A stretch of 63,916 bases of DNA, filler included, from Collodictyon triciliatum (taxonomy: Eukaryota), in assembly GCA_043381765.1 (NCBI GenBank). It is 9 parts of 9 records of this genome, joined end to end, with 100 filler letters (N's around TTAATTAATTAA, not from the genome) between each part and the next. Parts side by side here need not be neighbours in the genome. Positions count along the whole stretch, not along the records: positions 1 to 8,509 come from JBHJMP010003398.1; positions 8,610 to 17,117 come from JBHJMP010003399.1; positions 17,218 to 25,722 come from JBHJMP010003400.1; 6 more parts are not named here. The stretch is one strand, 5' to 3'. Of the stretch, positions 1-18,109 are shown one piece after another (position 1 is the first letter of the stretch; each line of letters begins with the position of its first letter). The notes beneath the pieces were generated by a model that saw only the letters and a list, made by a program, of their open reading frames with translations, had not been told where the DNA came from and did no database searches. Position numbers and translations under genes: made by a program.

Positions 1-110
1 TTATCTTAATCTTTATCTTTATCTTTATCTTTATCTTTATCTTTATCTTTATCTTTATCTTTATCTTTATCTTTATCTTTATCTTTATCTTTATCTTTAT
101 CTTTATCTTT
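1..110. repeat. (TTTATC)n microsatellite
   Basis: Hexamer tandem array read directly at the window start. Confidence 0.95.
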
Positions 111-141
111 TACATGACTTACCCCCTTGTTTGCATTTTAG

Positions 142-2672
142 GGCTGTTCTCCAGAAACTCTCAAATCCCCAGGATGCCGTGCGAATCATTCACGTGGCTG
201 GAACAAATGGAAAGGGGTCTGTTTGTTCTTATGTACATTCCACACTGATCCAAAGTGGCTTCAGAACTGGAATATACACATCACCTCATCTGCTCGACTG
301 GCGGGAGACCATCCGTGTACAACAAACGGAGATACCACCTTTAAGATGGAAAGAAAACATATCAATCATAAAGGTAGGTGATGGAAGCCAGGAAACCAAT
401 TTGCATCTGAGTTGCAATTATAAGCACTCTCTTGGTATTTCTTTAAAGTAGAAAATAAACGTCTGTCAGATGAAACGGATATCAAATAGCCTATTTCTGT
501 TCATAGAGCCAAATGGACAAGAATGACCCGATGACCCCATTCGAGATCGCTACTGTCTGCTCCTATTTATATTTTGCTCAGGAAAAGGTATATGTGGCTA
601 TTTTTTTTTCTCATTATTTAGTCTGGTGCAAAAAAAAAATAATCTCTTTCCGGAAGTGTAACTTTTCTGATTCACATATTGCTGCCCACCAAAGTTTTTT
701 TTCCCCCCTATTGATGTGCATGAGTAAACTGCAACCAAAAACATCATCTTTAACAAGAAATACTTTTTTTTATTAGGTTGATGTTGCTGTCATGGAAGTA
801 GGGTTAGGTGGGCGTCTAGATGCAACCAACGTGGTGAACACTAGTGAAATTTGGTGTGTATGTATGTATGTATGTATGTATGTATGTATGTATGTATGTA
901 TGTATGTATGTATGTATGTATGTATGTATGTATGTATGTATGTATGTATGTATCTCGCCTACTTCTTAAGTTCAGATCTATTTGAATATATATCGTGTAA
1001 CATTTATCTGATTTGCCTTCTTTTCTTTTTCTTTCTTATTTATAGTGCGATTACGTCCATCGGATTTGACCATATGGAGTTTTTGGGTCCTAGCCTGAAA
1101 CATATCGCTTACGAGAAATGCGGCATTATTAAACCTAATGTGCCTGTTGTGTATTCAGATTTACTACCACAGGAGGCAAAGTCTGTTCTTTTTGATGTGG
1201 CAAAAGAGAAGGGTGCTAAAGTTATACGCGCCATTCCAGCAGAATGCACTGGCATTGACCTAGATGCTGGAGATTCCCGCACAAATTATTTGTCTGATTG
1301 GTTTGAATTTGCACGAAAGCCTCGTGGTCTAACACTCGATGGCTTTGATTTTTATACCTTTTTGCATGGAGAGTTTCAAAAATCAAATACTTCGGTCGCA
1401 TTCAATATTTTACAGGCAAATAAATAATCAACCATATTAGTCATATTTTTTTAATAAATTCGTCACAAATCTCGTTTCTCTTTTTTTAAAAAAAAAAAAA
1501 TATTCTTACAATCTCTGCAATCATCGTGCAGTATTTGAGGAAGGAAAAGGGTTGGGAGATAACTGATGAATCAATCAGGAGGGGCTTCTATGATACGAAA
1601 TGGCCAGCTAGGCTGCATCCATTGAAGGTTAGTTGGATGGGCTCTCAATTTTCCTTTTTTTATACCTCACTATGTACACTAATAAAAAAAAAAAAAACTG
1701 TAACGATAACACCGACAACAATCCAGACAAAAGATGGCCTCAGTTTGATTGTTGATGGAGCACACAATACGGAGGCCGCTGTTGAGTTGCGCAAATACAC
1801 AGACACCCTTCGACTCAAGTTCAATAAGCCGATAGGTATATTTTGTGGTGATTTTTCCCCCATTTTCTGTATATAATGGATAGAAGCTGTCTTTTAAAAA
1901 AAAATATGTTATTCTCGAAGCAAAGCCTTTTGTTGCCCCTCTCATTTGTACATTCTCATATTCAGTATGGGTATTTGGATGCTTGAGATCTAAACAGCCA
2001 AGGGAGATTCTCTCACTTCTGCTTGCGCCTGGGGATAGTGTAGTATGCGTCCCAGTCCGAAAGAGACCAGCGGACGCAGCAGATATTCAGAGTATGGTTG
2101 ACGCTGCAAATGAGGTACTACAATCATTTCATGCCATTTATGTGGTTGCTGGCTTCATGTCCAGAATCAATCAAAGAATAGAATAGCCCTGCCAGCATCT
2201 ACCTTTGTGTTTTGTTTTCTTTTGTTTTCTTTTGTTTTCTTTTGTTTTCTTTTGTTTTCTTTTGTTTTCTTTTGTTTTCTTTTGTTTTCTTTTGTTTTCT
2301 TTTGTTTTCTTTTGTATTGTATTGTATTGTATTGTATTGTATTGTATTGTATTGTATTGTATTGTATTGTATTGTATTGTATTGTATTGTATTGTATTGT
2401 ATTGTATTGTATTGTTATAACTCTTTCGGTGATGAAAAAAATTATGAGGAATACAAATTCGTACAATTATCATGAGGAGTTCCTTGCACCCCTCTTGATA
2501 AAATAATCACACCCGCGCATAGGTTCTCGGCCTCTCCAGTTCTTTGGTCCACAAGCAAGCCACCTTGAAAGATGCGCTGCATATGATTCATACATCAACA
2601 AACTTTTGTCAGCATATTCCAATAGTATGCGGCTCGCTCTATCTGGCAGCCGAGCTATTCGAAGAGTTGTAA
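142..2672 (+). CDS. FPGS: Folylpolyglutamate synthase / dihydrofolate synthase (FolC family), multi-exon, 5' end missing
   Basis: Spliced exons give IIHVAGTNGKGSVC (P-loop), GIYTSPHL, TPFE, VDVAVMEVGLGGRLDATNVV, ITSIGFDHMEFLG, IAYEKCGIIK, WPARL, IVDGAHN. The last exon (2523-2672) is VLGLSS...IVCGSLYLAAELFEEL* and is not in the ORF track. Confidence 0.93.
857..953. repeat. (TATG)n intronic microsatellite
   Basis: Tetramer array inside an FPGS intron. Confidence 0.95.
2211..2415. repeat. Compound (TTTTGTTTTC)n-(ATTGT)n intronic microsatellite
   Basis: Read directly. It lies in the last FPGS intron and generates spurious low-complexity ORFs. Confidence 0.95.
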
Positions 2673-3074
2673 CAGTCGCCTTTTCTTCTTTTTTTCTTCT
2701 TTTTTTCTTCTTTTTTTCTTCTTTTTTTCTTCTTTTCCTTTTTCTTTTTCTTTTTCTTTTTCTTTAAACGTCATTCTCCGATAAAGATTATCAAGCCACC
2801 TTAAATTACTGCTGCCGTCCGAAATAATTAGAAGAATACTTGGCGAAGTAGGCATAAGACCAAAATATAATAACAGAAGATGCATTAATTTTTTCGTTTT
2901 TGTTCTGTTTTGTTTTTAATAGAGAAAGAGATATCTAGAAAAAGCGTGCGCCTAAACCAGCTTGTAGCCTCATTAAAGTTCCCGAAAGGAAATACGAAAG
3001 CGAAAGTGCCGTGAGAGAGGAATAGGAATGGACGATGAAAAGACCGGGATTCGAGTGTTGGACTTTCTACTTGA

Positions 3075-5608
3075 TTAGGACAGATTGTTGATATCGAGAG
3101 CCGACAATTGGGGCAGCACATCATCTGCTTCTGCGTGATGCCTTGACATGGGCGGCTCTGTGTCTGGTCGAGAGGCACAAATTGAAAAGTACTTTGGCGG
3201 GAGTTGAAAGTCTTGTCTCTCACACGAAAAGTTTGGAGGTATTGGTATTTGTGCGATGTAATACATTCTACAATCCTCTATGGACTGGCCATACTTTATG
3301 AGTGCAGCCTTCAACTGCAGAGCATATGTCTTTCTGTTTTCAGAGCCCTCGGTTGACTGCAGCAATCAAGTCTCGTGAGTTTATACTTACACACGCTGAT
3401 TTGGATGTATTTGTAACCAAGTGAAATGATATATATTCTGATTTGAGCGCATCTAAGAAAAAAGAAAAATATCAAGATTTTTTTTTCGCTTTTCCTTTTT
3501 CTCATTCATGAATGGAAAGCAGAGCATCCTACCTTCATGAACATGGACTGAAGGCGTGTGTAGAATATGGTTTGTTTCCTCGCAGCTGCAGAGACCGAAG
3601 CTTGTGTTTCCGGATTATACTCGGTGCCTCCTTCAGGTCTCGTGGACAAAAACTTTTGGTGAGCAGGATTGGAATCCAGTGACGAGTCTCGCTTCCGCTG
3701 TTCAGAGGAAAAGAAAAGGAAATTAGGAGAAAACGAAGAAATGCTTGTAGAATATCTTCGTTCACTTGATTCGAATGAATACCATTGTAGGTGTAAATAC
3801 AACACTTATTGATGTTGAAAGATTTAATTTTTTGAATCATATAAAAGGGGGGAAATCGGAGAAATAAAATTAAACAAAAGGACGCTTGATTGAATATTAT
3901 GTCATTGTTGTTGTTTTTTGAAGTTAAAGGAAATATTTGTGTTTATTTTTTTTAACCAAGAAATGATACCTGAGGTGAAATACTTGGGTTAAAAGGGCTC
4001 GCTTTGGGGATGTCAGGTGATGACTTTTGAGGTATAAGTTTTGATGACTGCGTTGGTATTTTAGATGGATTCATATCAGGATGAACGAGATTTGTATTTG
4101 AAGTCTGATATTGTATTATGGGTGCATTTTGTTGGATGGGAGGTATTTTAGGTGTTTCGGGTGTCTGCTGGTCTTTGGATTTCTTCTTCTTCTTTTTCTT
4201 CTTCTTTTTCCTTTTCTGAGAAGATGTATCTATCGTGGTGGATTCATCCAGAGATTCAGACCCAGAGTCTCCTGCATTTTCATCCTCTTGTGCTGTATGC
4301 AGTTTTGGTGAGTCCTTTGCATCTGCTTTTTGAATACTCGTTGCCATATGCCCAGGATTTGACGTAATCCTGTTTCCAATCTTGGGTACGTGAGTGCGTG
4401 CGTCAACAGCTTGAGGAGACTGGTCGCTGCTTAGAGATTTTCCCGATGAGGTGTCCGAAGATGCATTAGAATATAGCAAGCTTGGTGATTCAGACGTCTG
4501 TGAAGAGCTCTCTTCAGCTAATATGGCCAGTCCCGGGTGAGGCTTTGCAAGCAGAACAAAATATCTGCAGTCTCGACCTAGTTCTGCATTATAAGGAGGC
4601 GCCTGTATATCAAATAGGATGCAGTCTGTGATGGCAGAGTAAAAGTGGATATTCCCGTAGTCTGGAAATAGGACAGAGCACGGTGTATCTTGGTCGAGTG
4701 TAACCATCCCTCGTTGTATGACCTCCCCCACTACAAAAATAATCATCCTCGACTAATTTTACGATAATTATGGAGATGAAAAGGATGATGATAATCGGAA
4801 GTTTTGTAGCAACCCTTAGAATAAGGGGAAAGATTTATCATTCATGGAAAGAATTTATGTACATTTATATGCAAGTATGACAGACAAAATAAAAGTAAAA
4901 GAGCTATATGGTCGGTCGCAGAGTGAGAAGGAAAAATATCCATATTCCCCCAGAATGATGAACAGCATCGGAAGCGAGCAAAGTACATACTCAGGTTAGA
5001 CATGACAAGCGGAGCTGTGGTGACCACATCGCCCATCGGAGGAGTGAACCAGTCGAATGCAGCTGTCTTTACCGAGCCTTGAAGAACCTTGCCAATAACG
5101 GTCATGTCTGGGTGGTCGTGAAGCGGCATCGTCGTTTTGGCCGGCAAGAAAAACGCTCCTGCAAAGAAGGAACAAAACCGATGCCCAATCTAACTAGTTA
5201 CTCATACTTTCAACGGTCGAAGAAGACCAAAGAAAAAAATGTGCTGCACAAACGCAGATATAATCAAGCGAGCTGCTCAACTATCACGTAAGAAGACGAC
5301 AAACCTATTTCAAACCCAGCTTCCTCGAGGATTGGATAATAGGCCACGCGGTTTCTGCGCTGCGCTTCTGATACGGCCATTGGCACATCTGAAGCAGTCG
5401 AAGTGGGCGGAGTGACGAGAGAACGGAACGAAGAGAGAACTTCTTCGTCGAGACCGATGTTGTGGGGGCGCAGCTGATCCACGGCTTCTTGCAACAGCCT
5501 GAGTTGGGCAAGATACTCGCTATGTTCCGCGTGACTCGGTCGATGTGCTCCGTGTTCAAAGGCAAAAACTACGCGGCATTGTTGGATGATCTTCCCAAGA
5601 AGCGGCAT
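3075..5608 (-). CDS. ADO: Cysteamine dioxygenase / plant cysteine oxidase family (PCO_ADO cupin) with long C-terminal extension, ~5 exons
   Basis: FFLPAKTTMPLHDHPDMTVIGKVLQGSV (HxH iron ligands), GNIH, DCILFDIQAPPY and GRDCRYF match PCO/ADO motifs. GT-AG splicing continues through ~3698-3534 and ~3356-3075. Confidence 0.85.
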
Positions 5609-7005
5609 GGCAGGCCAAGCGGATGAAAGACTCGGGCAGACAATCAGAAAGGAGACCCCGTGGGGGCTGTGTCTGTGTCGCTTGCCTGTTCCTGGTCTGC
5701 TCGGCTTTTGCGGCTGTGTGCGAGTTAGTTAGCCGTCTGATTGATCCTTTCTTGTTTGTGTTTGTGTTTGTGTCTGTCTCTGCTGCGACGATACTTCAAA
5801 AGGAATGCGATGGCGGTGATGGCTGCAAAAGAAAACAGAGGAGGAGAGAGATGAGTTCCAGGGCGATGCAAAGGCACCATTCAATATCTGCTTGGCAGTT
5901 GTTGTGTGGGTGGTCTTTCTTTAAGATCGCTGTTTAATCTTGAGCAAAAGAAACAGGCGAAAGAGAATATGATTTGCATAGGACTACCGAGGGATTCTCA
6001 CTTTTCTTTTATGATTGTGCTTCCCTTTTCCTTCTGATGACTGTGCATCCTGGTCTTTTTTTATTGTTCTTGGGATTAATTATTTCTATATCGCTTTTCT
6101 TTTCTTTTCTTTTTTTTTTCTTTTTTTAGGAGTGTGCGAGAGTCATCGAATGGTTGATAAGTTTGCTACGGTCTGCATCGAGACAATAGTCCCACGTTTG
6201 GCGTGAATAATAGTAATGATGTACGAAAGATTTTGTGGTGTGTTCGAGTGCTGGTGCGAGTGAGTTGGGCCACGAAAAAGGTGTCAAGGTTGTCTGGGTT
6301 GTGTTGCTGGTGCCCTTGCGAATGTTAAAGACTAACACGGACAAGTCAGCCCCAAACGCACCAAAGAAGAAAAAAAAGGAAAAGGCTCAGATTCTGTTAG
6401 GCTTATGACAAAACAGAACCCAATCAAAGCGGTGATGCCGTAAGTAAAATGAAGAAAAAAAAATGAAATAGGCTTCGCAACCATCACCCATGGCCATCAT
6501 CAATCTCTTCTGTCGCCATGACAAGATTTCATAAAGAAAGAAAAAGACACCATCTCATCCCATCCGAAATGCCCAAATATATAATCATCACACAAGCCTC
6601 ACGCCATCACCAATCGAAGGGACTCCATCACAATTTGCAGGGAGATTCTGTCTCCTCGGGTGGATGCAGTTGGTGGGCTTCGTGTCCCTTTTGTGCAGTT
6701 ATTCTGCTTCTTGGCTTATTTCTCATGACAACAAAGGCGAAACCTGGTGATGTCACAACACGACATGCTGACGAACAATGGCGACATGGGATTCTGCAAT
6801 TGGAATAAAGCTCGTTGCAAGGCAGCCACAGGCACGTTTAAACTACATTGAGGTTTCTATTTCCTGTGTCTCCTCATTATCATTCTCTATACTAACTAAT
6901 TAGTAATAATAGTGTAATAAATGAACTTACATGACTAAATAAACAATATCTAATGCCTGATATGCAATATAACTATAATATCCACAAATAGGAAACCCGT
7001 TGCAC

Positions 7006-7041
7006 TTTTTTTTTATTCTTCCTTTCAACTTTTTTGCAGGA
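7006..7041 (-). mobile_element. Short poly(A)-tailed retroposed repeat, copy 1
   Basis: T9-ATTCTTCCTTTCAACTTTTTTGCAGGA is near-identical to copies at 50656-50789 and 55221-55254. No TSD seen for this copy. Confidence 0.55.
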
Positions 7042-7231
7042 CAACGCATCCGGGTGATAATCGATCAACCAAACAGCCCGAAACACATCGCCAAAGGCAG
7101 AGCAAACATGCAGCAACACACAACTAACTCATCTCACCTTGTCCCAGGAAGAAGACAACACATCTTCGCCCCAGCTGAGTGCACATAGCCAACAGGAAGA
7201 GGGAGAAGAGAAAAAAAACAACATCGGTGCA

Positions 7232-8091
7232 ATGTCATTTGAAGCTAGTTATCGCCGCAAACACAATCCCCAGAACATCCAAGATCGCATCAAGCAGGAC
7301 GGCATAGAGTATCGCTGCCAGCAGCTAAGACAACAGTGAGTCAAAGAGCTTTCAAATAAAACTCCTCTCCAGATTTCATAGTATATACCAAATAGTCCAA
7401 CGAAAGGAAAAAAAAGAAAAGAAAAGCTTTCACACCTATGCACAGCGATTCACTGCTACTTTATTTTGGGGAGTTGCCTCGATCAAAGTCTGTGTATCAC
7501 ACTTCTTCAGCCTTTCCTCCTCCTTTTTCCTTTGTTATATTGCTCGGTAGTTGCCATTTTTACTCTTCTAACATTTACACCAAATCACCCCGATCACAGA
7601 TATCAATCAACCCGGCACACTGAGGAATGGTACAGACACTTGGACGACATGACACACGCAAAGGTGAATCAGCGAATCAACAAGGAAATCATGGACGAGC
7701 TGAGAATTGCAAACACTGAGCTGAAGGAGCGCCGACGAGCAAAGCTGAAAGAGCTCTATGATAAGGAACAGCAGGAGTATGTAAACATCTGTCCTTTTCC
7801 CTGATACAAAATGAGTTTCATTCACTCATATACCTCAATATTCTGCAACACTCATCCTGGTTGTATTATTTCCCATGCACTGGGCAAGCATTACAAATCT
7901 ATAAATATATCACATCATCGCCCAGCAGAAGCAATATCAGTTTTTTTTTGTATTAATTTTTCTTTTATGAAGCCATTCCTCCATGGGGTGTATTTTTTTC
8001 TTGCACTTTGTCTCCATGAATAACACTCATTCCACTTAGGTATGAACTCGAACTCCAATCAAAAGGCCTTGCTATCTACAAGCGTCGTTAG
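7232..8091 (+). CDS. CFAP141: Cilia/flagella-associated protein 141-like (C1orf189-like), 3 exons, ~110 aa
   Basis: Spliced product ends ...ELRIANTELKERRRAKLKELYDKEQQEYELELQSKGLAIYKRR*, matching the size and C-terminal R..L..L...E..QY..EL...G.A.Y..R pattern of CFAP141. Confidence 0.7.
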
Positions 8092-8509
8092 TGGCTTTAT
8101 GAAGCAAGGATTCCGAATTCTGGCATCACAGAACTGGAGCTGGGGAACAGAAAGACCCGTTCGGAAAAGAAACGAAGCGAAATCAATCGTAATTGGTTCA
8201 AAAATACATCGACCATGCAAGCCCCGACGAATGCCCCCACACAGCAACATGTACACCAATAAAAAGATGAGAAAATCAGATTCTGTAGTTTGGCAGTCTT
8301 CGGTAAGTGCGTAATCTGTTTGGATGGGTTCATCTGCGCCGGTTTTGGTCTTGCACCCTTGAACACCGGATTCTATCCTCATATATGTTGTTCCGTTACT
8401 TGTCTTTTATTTCAACACAGAAGCCCTCCGCATTAAACAAACAAAGGCAAAAAAGAAAAAAAAAGGAAAAAAAAAAAAAAGAAAAAAAAAAAAAAAACAC
8501 CCCCCAAAA

Positions 8510-8609
8510 NNNNNNNNNNNNNNNNNNNNNNNNNNNNNNNNNNNNNNNNNNNNTTAATTAATTAANNNNNNNNNNNNNNNNNNNNNNNNNNNNNNNNNNN
8601 NNNNNNNNN
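8510..8609. other. Artificial contig linker
   Basis: N44-TTAATTAATTAA-N44, with stops in all six frames. Confidence 0.98.
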
Positions 8610-8707
8610 TTCTTCCTTCTTCCTTCTTCCTTCTTCCTTCTTCCTTCTTCCTTCTTCCTTCTTCCTTCTTCCTTCTTCCTTCTTCCTTCTTCCTTCTTCC
8701 TTCTTCC
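8610..8707. repeat. (TTCTTCC)n microsatellite
   Basis: Heptamer array at a contig start. Confidence 0.95.
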
Positions 8708-8790
8708 TATCTCTATTTCTTGCCTTGGGGATGGGCTACTGAGTTCTTCGATTTTGAGGCATCGGAAAGGATGCTCAACTCGAGAATACC

Positions 8791-16144
<7,354 letters not shown>

Positions 16145-17047
16145 TACACCTAAGCTATACCCAACAAATCACATCACCCACACTTCCGACCCAACAAAAC
16201 AAACGGGAAAAAAGTACCATTTCTGCTCCATGTTTGGTGCGTATCAATATCTATTCTCAAAATCATCCTTCTATCCAGAAGAAAAGATAAGAACAGAATA
16301 ACTTTGGGTTGCGGTCTAGTCTTTTAAAATAAAACAAATGTGGGTGGCTGTGATGAAATCGACTGCGTGCCGTGTGTCTTTGTTTCCTCGGACACTTACT
16401 CCCGCCCTTGGACTAAAAATAGCGCAACATCTTCCACATAAAGGTACACCAACGGCTACATCTAAGGCCGCCACGAAACGCGTTTTACTGAATATCAAAA
16501 TACGAAAACGCATTCTCTCCTCCCACGAGCTATAAATACTCGCGTTGCCGAATCCGAGGTGATTGATGGGCTAGTTTCGTTCATTGGCTGTCCAGTCTGA
16601 TTTCCACTTGCCTTGCGCTTTGATTTCATATTTTCTTGTCGGCCCAAAAGAGACTTGTTGTTGCAAACGGACAATGGAATAATTTATGTCGCATTCCTTT
16701 TATTTTTTCTTTCTTTTTTTAAAGAAAAAGGTGCCACTTCGAACCAAATCATTCGGTCCAAAGTCCACAGTCTTGAGCACATGATTCATTTGGTTTTTTT
16801 TCAATTTGCTTGCTTATTCGTTTCGCCCATGTTCTGTGTTAAATGGTTTTTTTTTTTTCGTTCTTTCGGAATCAAATCAAATCAAATCAAATCTGGTCAA
16901 GTCAAGTCAAGTCAAGTCTAATCTAATCAAATCAGCTGTTGCGAATCGCGCGGCGTGGATCGGGCTGTGTTGATTGTGTAACAGTCACCTTTCTTGCATC
17001 TATTGACTTTCGTGTGTTGCGCTGATCTTCCCTGATGTTTGATCACA

Positions 17048-17086
<39 letters not shown>

Positions 17087-17117
17087 GGGGGGTTTTTAAC
17101 CTTTGTTTTTTTTTTTT

Positions 17118-17217
17118 NNNNNNNNNNNNNNNNNNNNNNNNNNNNNNNNNNNNNNNNNNNNTTAATTAATTAANNNNNNNNNNNNNNNNNNNNNNNNNNN
17201 NNNNNNNNNNNNNNNNN
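17118..17217. other. Artificial contig linker
   Basis: N44-TTAATTAATTAA-N44. Confidence 0.98.
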
Positions 17218-17338
17218 ATAAAAGATAAAAGATAAAAGATAAAAGATAAAAGATAAAAGATAAAAGATAAAAGATAAAAGATAAAAGATAAAAGATGATA
17301 AAAGATAAAAGATAAAAGATAGGAATAAGTCGTAGAAC

Positions 17339-17511
17339 CTGATCATGGTCATCTGCTTCCGGATAGCGCGATCGTCCTTGCCGGAGCCAAGCTCCTTGAG
17401 CAGCTGCTTCATCTTCGCGACGTTTGTCAGAACCTTCTGGACCTGCTCTGCCGCCTGCCCCAGCTCATCCTTGCTTCGTGTCTCCGACCGCGGAGATCCC
17501 CACTCGCCCAT
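17339..17511 (-). CDS. First exon of a probable endosomal/vacuolar syntaxin (Stx7/12/Pep12-like Habc domain), truncated by contig end
   Basis: VLTNVAKMKQLLKELGSGKDDRAIRKQM resembles the N...L......LG...D...LR..L helix of Stx7/12. It is followed by a GT donor and a (GATAAAA)n intronic repeat. Confidence 0.5.
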
Positions 17512-18109
17512 TCACGAGTGATCGGCACTCGGTCTCTGCGGCGCCTTCTTTGCCTACGCACGCCAAGCATCAGAATGCAGCAAACACAGACACAACGCGC
17601 GTGTTCCCACCGGGCTGATCAGAGAAGACATGCTTTGGCGCGATCACCCGCGCCCCTCAAAAGGAACAGAGAAGCGCAAGTAGGATCAAAAGGCCGATGG
17701 GAAAATGAAAAAAATACAGAGAAAAAGGGGCGGAAAATGACAGGTTGGAGCGCGTAATCGGCCCAAACGCCCCACAGGTAAAACGCGATGTGAACACGGC
17801 AAAACGCGATGTCATGCAATGATAGTGATGGTGATGGTGATGATGATGATGATGAAAATCCGTGGTGTGTGTTTATGCGGGCGTGTCTTCCGTCGGTTGG
17901 ATGTGTGGTTGTGTGGATATACTCGTGTTGCTTACGCAGCGGAAGGGCGCGGTTTGTTGTCTCTCCTGGGAGTGAAAAAAGGAGACACAATTCATGAAAT
18001 GCCGCGGAAATGCGAGTGTGGCGTTCTCTGTCAACGCACAAGCGTGCATGTCCATAGAACGGCTCCGATAAAGAAACAAAGAAACAAATAACAGCATCAG
18101 TGCGCTCAT

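Noticed and set aside
2115-2186. Apparent FPGS C-terminus in ORF 1983-2186
   Set aside because: A GT donor at 2115 and a later exon carrying the conserved CGSLYL motif indicate read-through into an intron.
2167-2506. ORFs with IQYNT/CIVLY repeats, and similar K/F/Y-rich ORFs at 18174-18461, 20057-20474, 25488-25778, 26539-27271 and 57928-58291
   Set aside because: These are translations of microsatellites or homopolymers, mostly intronic.
8554-8565. Recurrent TTAATTAATTAA palindrome at ~8.6-kb spacing
   Set aside because: It always sits in the centre of N runs, so it is a synthetic six-frame-stop linker.
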